Shown piece after piece: positions 1 to 4,503 of a DNA stretch of 4,503 nt. The notes beneath the pieces were generated by a model that did not search any database, was not told where the DNA came from, and saw nothing but the letters and a program-made list of their open reading frames with translations. The first letter of the stretch is position 1. Each line of letters opens with the position of its first letter. The translations under genes were made by a program, and so were the position numbers. This DNA comes from a virus. The stretch lies in the UHGV virus genome UHGV-1976595; one strand, given 5' to 3'.

Positions 1-35
1 CCCCCTGTTTTTCCGAGTAACCCCTAGGAGGTAAT

Positions 36-155
36 ATGGCTCGTTCTCGCCGTCGTATGTCCAAGCGTTCTTCTCGTCGTTCGTTCCGTAAGTACGCAAA
101 GACGCATAAGCGAAACTTTAAAGCCCGTTCGATGCGTGGCGGTATTCGTCTTTGA
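36..155 (+). CDS. Small arginine/lysine-rich DNA-binding (packaging) protein, gokushovirus VP8 / microvirus J-like
   Basis: ATG at 36 preceded by AGGAGG (26-31) with a 4-nt spacer; 39 codons, stop TGA 153-155. Translation by hand: MARSRRRMSKRSSRRSFRKYAKTHKRNFKARSMRGGIRL, about 40 percent Arg/Lys, typical of the small DNA-condensing proteins of Microviridae. Too short to appear in the supplied ORF track. Family assignment is by composition, size and genome context only. Confidence 0.7.
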   Translation: MARSRRRMSKRSSRRSFRKYAKTHKRNFKARSMRGGIRL

Positions 156-166
156 TTGACAAAGTT

Positions 167-195
167 GATCGTAACGATCTACGATAATTATCGTA
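167..195. repeat. Two adjacent perfect palindromes built on ATCGTA half-sites: GATCGT-a-ACGATC (167-179) and TACGATAATTATCGTA (180-195)
   Basis: Read directly from the sequence. ATCGTA occurs at 168-173 and 190-195, and its reverse complement TACGAT at 180-185. Lies in the VP8-VP4 intergenic region just downstream of a perfect TTGACA hexamer (156-161). Function unknown; candidate operator, iteron or origin element. Confidence 0.6.
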
Positions 196-208
196 AGTCG
201 TTGTTTTT

Positions 209-236
209 GTTAAACTAAATATACATTATGCGCACC
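209..236 (-). other. dif-like Xer recombination site (candidate attP for XerC/XerD-mediated integration)
   Basis: The minus strand of 209-236 reads GGTGCGCATAA-TGTATA-TTTAGTTTAAC. Compared with E. coli dif (GGTGCGCATAA TGTATA TTATGTTAAAT, recalled from memory) the XerC arm matches 11/11, the central region 6/6 and the XerD arm 7/11. A conserved XerC arm with a degenerate XerD arm is the pattern described for phage and IMEX attachment sites. Confidence 0.6.
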
Positions 237-248
237 AAGGTGCGCATA
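227..248. repeat. Perfect 10-bp inverted repeat TATGCGCACC-aa-GGTGCGCATA (XerC-arm sequence duplicated in inverted orientation)
   Basis: Read directly: 227-236 is the exact reverse complement of 239-248, with a 2-nt spacer. The second copy (239-249, GGTGCGCATAC) matches the dif XerC arm at 10/11 positions in forward orientation. Confidence 0.85.
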
Positions 249-269
249 CGTGAATTATGGAGGTGTGTC

Positions 270-1133
270 ATGGCTTGTACCCGTCCGTTAAACGCGTACC
301 AGATGCCATCGGGGAAGATTTTTTTCACGCCGTCACGTGGCGCTAAATTCATTCAGTTGCCTTGCGGTCAGTGCATCGGTTGCCGTCTTGCCCATTCTCG
401 TGACTGGGCGACCCGCTGTGTTCATGAAGCCCACATGCACGATCACAATTGTTTTATCACCCTGACTTATTCGCCTGAGAATTTACCCGAAGGCGGAACT
501 CTCGTTCGTAAACATTTCACCGATTTTATGAAGCGTTTGCGTAAGGCTTTGTCTGTTGATGATATTTCAATTCGTTTTTTCGGCTGTGGTGAATATGGCT
601 CTAAATTAGAGCGACCGCATTATCATGCGATTATTTTTGGATATGATTTTCCGGATAAGACACTGCATAAAGCTGGAAGATTTAATTTATTTAGGTCTTC
701 GCTTCTTGAAAGATGCTGGACTTTTGGCTTTTCTGTTATTGCTGGCTTTAGCTTTGAGTCGGCTGCATATGTGGCGCGATACTGTGTTAAAAAAGTCACC
801 GGTTCCCGTTCAGAGGAGCATTATGGACATCGCCTACCCGAGTTTTCAGCTATGAGTAACAGGCCAGGAATTGGCTACGATTTTTTTATGGAGTATTACG
901 ATGACATAGTTAATTCAGATGCGTGTATTGGTCGTGGCGGTCGTCAGATAAAACCGCCCCGCTATTATGACAAGTTATTATCAGGCTGTGATTTGGAAAA
1001 GTTGCAGCAAAATAAAGAAAAGCGCCAGTTAAATGCTCAGGTATTAGACCCGTGGCGTTTGCAGGATTTAGATAAATTTAATCTGGTTAAATTCCAGCGA
1101 ATGATGAGGAAATTAGAAAATGGCTCACTCTGA
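270..1133 (+). CDS. Replication initiation protein, HUH rolling-circle endonuclease (gokushovirus VP4 / microvirus gpA-like)
   Basis: ORF 228..1133 in the supplied track. I place the start at ATG 270 (MACTRPLNAYQ...) because GGAGG at 259-263 sits 6 nt upstream, whereas ATG 228 has no Shine-Dalgarno and lies inside the dif-like motif. Motifs read in the translation: motif I FITLTY (453-470), HUH motif HYH in PHYHAIIF (618-626), and the twin-tyrosine catalytic motif YVARYCVKK (768-794, Tyr codons at 768 and 780), closely resembling the active-site region of phiX174 gpA. A Cys/His-rich segment CGQCIGC...RCVHEAHMHDHNC spans 363-452. Stop TGA 1131-1133. Confidence 0.9.
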   Translation: MACTRPLNAYQMPSGKIFFTPSRGAKFIQLPCGQCIGCRLAHSRDWATRCVHEAHMHDHNCFITLTYSPENLPEGGTLVRKHFTDFMKRLRKALSVDDISIRFFGCGEYGSKLERPHYHAIIFGYDFPDKTLHKAGRFNLFRSSLLERCWTFGFSVIAGFSFESAAYVARYCVKKVTGSRSEEHYGHRLPEFSAMSNRPGIGYDFFMEYYDDIVNSDACIGRGGRQIKPPRYYDKLLSGCDLEKLQQNKEKRQLNAQVLDPWRLQDLDKFNLVKFQRMMRKLENGSL

Positions 1134-1389
1134 TGCAGTTTATGTATTTCACGACAAGCTGATTAATGCTGATGTTTATATGTTTATGGCTCAGCATGAT
1201 GGTATTGCGAAAGGTCAATTGCATGCGTTTTGTAACCGCATGCAGCGTACTGATTTTGCGTTGTATCGCGTAACTTCGTTTGATTTTGAGGGTGAACAGC
1301 TTATTCCGGTCAGCGTTGACCGTGTTTATGTTTGTGAAGCTACTCCGGCCTTTCTGAAGGATTCTGAAAATGCGTACATCGAAGCGTAA
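1120..1389 (+). CDS. Small protein, gokushovirus VP5-like (assignment by position and size only)
   Basis: ATG 1120 with GAGGA at 1106-1110; 89 aa; overlaps the end of the rep gene by 14 nt and the next gene by 20 nt, typical microvirus gene packing. No diagnostic motif recognised. In the same strand and operon-like array as the other genes. Confidence 0.5.
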   Translation: MAHSDAVYVFHDKLINADVYMFMAQHDGIAKGQLHAFCNRMQRTDFALYRVTSFDFEGEQLIPVSVDRVYVCEATPAFLKDSENAYIEA

Positions 1390-1879
1390 GTTCCATACCC
1401 GCTATGACCCGCCACCGTCGCCCGGCATCGAGTTCAAAGAACCCACGATGACCCAGCAGCATTTCCGCGATGAGTGCGACATCAATAAGATTGTTGAGCG
1501 TGCGATAAGAACGGGAGACACGACCGTGTTTACCAGTACTCAACGTGCTGAATTTTACGATGCATCCGCGATTACCGATTATGTGGACGCAATGGCTTTA
1601 ATTGACGACGTTAACGACGACTTTAATAGCCTGCCGTCCGCTACTCGCGCGATGTTTGGTAATAACGTTAAACAGTACGTTGAATTCATGAGTGATCCGG
1701 CGAACTGGGATAAAGCCCGTGAGCTTGGATTGTTGAGCGGCGGAGAGGTTTCGGCGACCGAACCGAAGGTTCGCGAGTCGGAACCTGCTCCGGCGTCCCC
1801 GCGGGAGCGTTCCGGTGCTGATGTGAATAAAGCATCAAATGCGGGTTCTGAACCCGCGAAACCTGCAGACGGCTCCTGA
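1370..1879 (+). CDS. Putative internal scaffolding protein (gokushovirus VP3-like), with a low-complexity Pro/Ser/Glu/Ala-rich C-terminal tail
   Basis: ATG 1370 with GAAGGA at 1355-1360; 169 aa; stop TGA 1877-1879. An alternative internal start at ATG 1448 (MTQQHFR...) has no Shine-Dalgarno. Size and position immediately upstream of the major capsid gene fit a scaffold protein, but the assignment is by synteny and size, not by a recognised motif. Confidence 0.5.
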   Translation: MRTSKRKFHTRYDPPPSPGIEFKEPTMTQQHFRDECDINKIVERAIRTGDTTVFTSTQRAEFYDASAITDYVDAMALIDDVNDDFNSLPSATRAMFGNNVKQYVEFMSDPANWDKARELGLLSGGEVSATEPKVRESEPAPASPRERSGADVNKASNAGSEPAKPADGS

Positions 1880-1887
1880 CCCTGCAG

Positions 1888-1924
1888 CCTGGCACAGTGC
1901 CCTACTTGATGTAACTGTGCCAGG
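1888..1924. repeat. Stem-loop: 11-bp perfect inverted repeat CCTGGCACAGT / ACTGTGCCAGG with a 15-nt loop
   Basis: Read directly: 1888-1898 is the exact reverse complement of 1914-1924. Located in the VP3-VP1 intergenic region, 9 nt after the VP3 stop. Not followed by a T-run on the + strand. Confidence 0.85.
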
Positions 1925-1936
1925 TGACACCGAAAC

Positions 1937-1964
1937 TTACAGGCGGCTCCCACGAAGCCTGTAA
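1937..1964. repeat. Stem-loop: 8-bp perfect inverted repeat TTACAGGC / GCCTGTAA with a 12-nt loop
   Basis: Read directly: 1937-1944 is the reverse complement of 1957-1964. Followed by AAAAA on the + strand, so it is not a + strand intrinsic terminator. Confidence 0.8.
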
Positions 1965-1968
1965 AAAG

Positions 1969-1997
1969 GTGTCAGTTTATACAGTGGTTTGTATAGT
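1969..1997 (+). promoter_or_regulatory. Candidate sigma70-type promoter for the major capsid gene: -35 GTGTCA (1969-1974), 17-bp spacer, -10 TATAGT (1992-1997)
   Basis: Hexamers match the consensus at 4/6 and 5/6 with optimal 17-bp spacing; the predicted start is about 20 nt upstream of the VP1 ATG, followed by a G-rich Shine-Dalgarno (GAGGGGGG, 2014-2021). Pattern match only. Confidence 0.3.
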
Positions 1998-2024
1998 ATT
2001 TAAACAATTCCCTGAGGGGGGTTT

Positions 2025-3704
2025 ATGAGTAAATTCGGTCGTAAAGTACCTAGTAATGCAAAAAGTCAGCATAATTTTTCAGTAATCCCGAGTGCTAATA
2101 TTCAGCGTTCGGTCTTTAACCGTAGTTCTGGTTATAAAACCACCTTTGACGCTGGTTATTTGATTCCCGTGTTTCTGGATGAGGCTTTGCCGGGTGATAC
2201 GTTCCACCTTAAAACGAGTGTTCTCGCGCGTCTTTCCACGCCCGTGGTTCCTTTCATGGATAATCTACGTCTGGATATTCAGTATTTTTCTGTACCTTAT
2301 CGCCTCGTCTGGGATAACTGGCAGAAATTCAACGGAGAACAGAAGAACCCTGGTGATTCTACGGATTATTTGATTCCGCAGATTACAGCCCCTGCTGGCG
2401 GTTTCCCTGTTGGCTCTCTTGCCGATTATTTTGGTGTTCCTACAGGTGTCGAAGGTATCAGCGTAAGCGCCCTGCCGTTCCGCGCTTATAACCTGATTTA
2501 TAACGAGTGGTATCGTGACGAAAACCTGATTAATTCCGCCCCGCTTCCGCTTGGCGATGAGACGGAAACAGGTCTCGCAAATTTCCCGCTGCGTAAGCGT
2601 GCCAAGCGTCATGATTACTTCACAAGTGCCCTTCCGTGGCCTCAGAAAGGCGAAGGTGTTGAGATTGGTTTAGGCGTTCCGCCGTCGTACTCGTTGAATT
2701 ATCCGGAATATCCGGATGGTTTAGCGTTCTTTACGCAGTCTTATGGCGCCGGCGGCCAGACTGTTGCTGGTACGGGCTATATTGCCCGTAGTGGTCTTGA
2801 CGCCGATACAGGTCTCTATTTGAGCGGTGGCCTTCAGAATGGTATTAACTGGCCTGAATCTCCTGTTCAGGGACGTTATGACGTTATTTCCGGTTTCCTT
2901 CCGGGCAAACCTCCGGTTACTTTGGAAAAGACAGGTGGTGAAGTTGTTGACAATCTCACGATTAACTCATTGCGTCAGGCGTTCCAGCTTCAGCGCCTGC
3001 TTGAGCGTGATGCTCGCGGTGGTACGCGATACATTGAGATTATTCGCAGTCATTTTGGCGTCATTTCTCCTGATGCCCGTGTTCAGCGTCCTGAGTATCT
3101 TGGCTCTGGTTCGTTCGATATAAATATCAATCCCGTTCTTCAGAACTCTGCGACTACCGATGCCAGCCCACAAGGTAACCTCGCAGCTTATGGTGTTTCC
3201 GGTGGTGTTAACCGTGGTTTTTCACATTCTTTTGTGGAGCACTGTTTTGTCATTGGTCTTGTATCTGTCCGTGCAGATTTGACCTATCAGCAAGGCATCC
3301 CGCGCATGTTCTCCCGTCAGACCCGCTTTGATTTCTACTGGCCTGCACTGGCCCACCTGGGCGAACAGGCTATTCTTAACAAGGAGATTTATGCGCAAGG
3401 CAACGCTAAAGATGATGAAGTCTTTGGCTATCAGGAACGTTACGCGGAGTACCGCTATCGTCCATCCCAGATTACTGGTAAATTACGTTCCACAGACCCG
3501 CAATCCCTCGATGTGTGGCATTTAGCCCAGCGGTTCGACTCTCTGCCCGCATTGAATCAGGAGTTCATCGAAGAGAATCCACCGATGAGTCGTGTTCTGG
3601 CCGTTCAGGACGAGCCTCAGTTCATTCTGGATGCATTCTTTGACCTGAAATGTGTGCGGCCTATGCCAGTTTATTCAGTACCCGGTCTTATTGACCATTT
3701 TTAA
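2025..3704 (+). CDS. Major capsid protein (gokushovirus VP1 / microvirus F-like)
   Basis: 559-aa ORF. ATG 2025 follows GAGGGGGG (2014-2021); stop TAA 3702-3704. The N-terminal region (...SVIPSANIQRSVFNRSSGYKTTFDAGYLIPVFLDEALPGDTF...) matches the conserved N-terminal signature of gokushovirus major capsid proteins as I recall it from Chlamydia phage and related VP1s. Its length fits a gokushovirus VP1 with the large surface insertion. Confidence 0.92.
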   Translation: MSKFGRKVPSNAKSQHNFSVIPSANIQRSVFNRSSGYKTTFDAGYLIPVFLDEALPGDTFHLKTSVLARLSTPVVPFMDNLRLDIQYFSVPYRLVWDNWQKFNGEQKNPGDSTDYLIPQITAPAGGFPVGSLADYFGVPTGVEGISVSALPFRAYNLIYNEWYRDENLINSAPLPLGDETETGLANFPLRKRAKRHDYFTSALPWPQKGEGVEIGLGVPPSYSLNYPEYPDGLAFFTQSYGAGGQTVAGTGYIARSGLDADTGLYLSGGLQNGINWPESPVQGRYDVISGFLPGKPPVTLEKTGGEVVDNLTINSLRQAFQLQRLLERDARGGTRYIEIIRSHFGVISPDARVQRPEYLGSGSFDININPVLQNSATTDASPQGNLAAYGVSGGVNRGFSHSFVEHCFVIGLVSVRADLTYQQGIPRMFSRQTRFDFYWPALAHLGEQAILNKEIYAQGNAKDDEVFGYQERYAEYRYRPSQITGKLRSTDPQSLDVWHLAQRFDSLPALNQEFIEENPPMSRVLAVQDEPQFILDAFFDLKCVRPMPVYSVPGLIDHF

Positions 3705-3717
3705 AACCCAACTCTTT

Positions 3718-3740
3718 GGCCTCTTCGGAGGCCTTTTTTT
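3718..3740 (+). terminator. Rho-independent terminator: GGCCTC-TTCG-GAGGCC followed by TTTTTTT
   Basis: 6-bp GC-rich stem (3718-3723 / 3728-3733), UUCG tetraloop (3724-3727) and a 7-T run (3734-3740), 14 nt after the VP1 stop and immediately before the VP2 ribosome-binding site. Confidence 0.75.
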
Positions 3741-3754
3741 CATGAGGTGAAATT

Positions 3755-4503
3755 ATGTGGGGAGCAATTGCAGGTGCTGTAGGTTCCGTTGCCGGTTCTC
3801 TTCTTGGTGCCCACTCTGCCCAGCAGAACGCCGCTCAGGCGAACAAGTTAACGATGGATTTGGCCAAAAACGGTATGCAGTACCGCGTACAGGATTTGCG
3901 AAAAGCAGGTCTTAACCCGATTCTGGCCGTTAATGGTTCCGGTGGTCTTGGTTCCGTCAGTTCTTCCGGTATTCAGCAGGCTGCCCCTGCCGATTATTCT
4001 GGTGCGGTTAACTCTGCCGTTGCCGCGTTCGACGCTCTGACGAAGCGTGAGCAGCAAAAGGTTGCCCGTGAAGGCATTGAGTCTCAGATTGCGTTACAAC
4101 GTAACCAGATTGCGAATAGCGCGGCTGATGTGCGTCTTAAAACGGCTCAGGCTGACCAGGCTATCCAGAGTGCCGATAACATGCGATCGCAGTCGAATCT
4201 GATTAATCAGCAGGTTTTGACCGAGGCTTCTCGTCGTGCCAATATTGAAGCACAGACAGGCCTCAGTTCTGCGCAGCGGATTAGAACACAGTATCAAACT
4301 GTTCAGGACAAGGTTCTGGCTGATTATTTGAATACACCGACTGGTGCTCAATCACTTAAGGTTAATTATGACTCTCAAGGGAAAGGGTTTGTCGGACAAG
4401 GTAATGCGATTGGTAGTTGGTTACGTCGTATTTCAGGTCTTGATGGCTTTGGCTTTCGCGATTCTAATAGTGCTAAGTCCGTAAACCAAAGGGGGGATTC
4501 TTC
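3755..4503 (+). CDS. DNA pilot / minor capsid protein (gokushovirus VP2-like), 3'-partial in this window
   Basis: ATG 3755 preceded by GAGGTGA (3744-3750). The frame stays open to the window end: 249 codons plus 2 nt by hand translation. It is absent from the supplied ORF track because it has no in-window stop. The N-terminus MWGAIAGAVGSVAGSLLGA is Gly/Ala-rich and hydrophobic, followed by ...RKAGLNPILA... and a long Gln/Ala-rich, probably helical, region, as in microvirus pilot proteins. If the genome is circular the frame continues into positions 1-34 and stops at TAA 32-34, giving 260 aa. Confidence 0.85.
   Translation, partial: MWGAIAGAVGSVAGSLLGAHSAQQNAAQANKLTMDLAKNGMQYRVQDLRKAGLNPILAVNGSGGLGSVSSSGIQQAAPADYSGAVNSAVAAFDALTKREQQKVAREGIESQIALQRNQIANSAADVRLKTAQADQAIQSADNMRSQSNLINQQVLTEASRRANIEAQTGLSSAQRIRTQYQTVQDKVLADYLNTPTGAQSLKVNYDSQGKGFVGQGNAIGSWLRRISGLDGFGFRDSNSAKSVNQRGDS

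Noticed and set aside
228-269. Upstream extension of the rep ORF to ATG 228 (MRTKVRIRELWRCV...).
   Set aside because: No Shine-Dalgarno; the ATG is part of the dif-like motif; a well-spaced GGAGG precedes ATG 270. Retained as an alternative only.
625-855. 76-aa ORF in an alternative frame inside the rep gene, with a Leu/Ala-rich stretch.
   Set aside because: Nested in the rep gene across the HUH and catalytic-tyrosine region, no ribosome-binding site, hydrophobicity explained by codon bias.
1340-1953. Minus-strand ORFs 1340..1543, 1579..1953 and 1686..1895.
   Set aside because: They lie antisense to well-supported + strand genes; all convincing genes and signals are on the + strand, as expected for Microviridae; no ribosome-binding sites; Pro/Arg/Ser-rich translations typical of antisense frames.
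1937-1970. Hairpin followed by an A-run, which would read as a hairpin plus U-run terminator on the minus strand.
   Set aside because: No credible minus-strand genes exist for it to terminate; more likely a structural or replication element of the single-stranded genome.
2179-2373. 64-aa hydrophobic ORF in an alternative frame inside the capsid gene.
   Set aside because: Same codon-bias artefact as above; no ribosome-binding site; entirely nested in a well-supported gene.
2827-3123. 98-aa + strand ORF (GTG start) embedded out of frame in the capsid gene, with a strongly hydrophobic C-terminal stretch; considered as an overprinted lysis gene analogous to phiX174 E.
   Set aside because: The genes here have T-rich third codon positions, so the +1 frame systematically has T at the second codon position and encodes hydrophobic residues. 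The same artefact gives hydrophobic ORFs at 2179..2373 and 625..855. There is no Shine-Dalgarno and the start is GTG. It cannot be excluded without conservation analysis, but it is most likely a frame artefact.
3328-3525. 65-aa alternative-frame ORF inside the capsid gene.
   Set aside because: No ribosome-binding site and no recognisable features; nested in VP1.
2265-4351. Minus-strand ORFs 2265..2612, 2967..3173, 3848..4057 and 4094..4351.
   Set aside because: Antisense to the capsid and pilot genes, with no start context and no recognisable domains; judged spurious.
1-4503. Looked for CRISPR repeats, tRNA-like cloverleafs, transposase or integrase genes, toxin-antitoxin pairs and defence-system genes.
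   Set aside because: None seen. The whole window is accounted for by six phage genes and short intergenic regions, and integration, if any, appears to rely on the host Xer system rather than a phage-encoded recombinase.

Overview
This 4,503-nt window reads as a compact ssDNA phage genome of the Microviridae, gokushovirus-like, probably complete and linearised inside the pilot-protein gene. All six supported genes are on the + strand, in the order small basic DNA-binding protein (VP8/J-like), HUH replication initiator (VP4), two small overlapping ORFs (VP5-like, VP3/scaffold-like), major capsid protein (VP1), and DNA pilot protein (VP2, running off the 3' end). Third codon positions are visibly T-rich, which makes the alternative frames hydrophobic. 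The most interesting non-coding signal is in the VP8-VP4 intergenic region: a 28-bp motif matching the E. coli chromosomal dif site as I recall it (XerC arm 11/11, central hexamer 6/6, XerD arm 7/11), with the XerC arm repeated as a 10-bp inverted repeat. That suggests a temperate microvirus that integrates through host XerCD, which is established biology for enterobacterial gokushoviruses rather than a new system. Other signals are a palindrome cluster and a perfect TTGACA upstream of the rep gene, two stem-loops and a candidate promoter upstream of VP1, and a clean intrinsic terminator between VP1 and VP2. If the molecule is circular, VP2 closes with a stop codon at window positions 32-34, one nucleotide before the VP8 start codon. 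I see no CRISPR array, tRNA, transposase or defence-system gene. All protein-family calls rest on motifs read by eye and on gene order and size; no database search was run.
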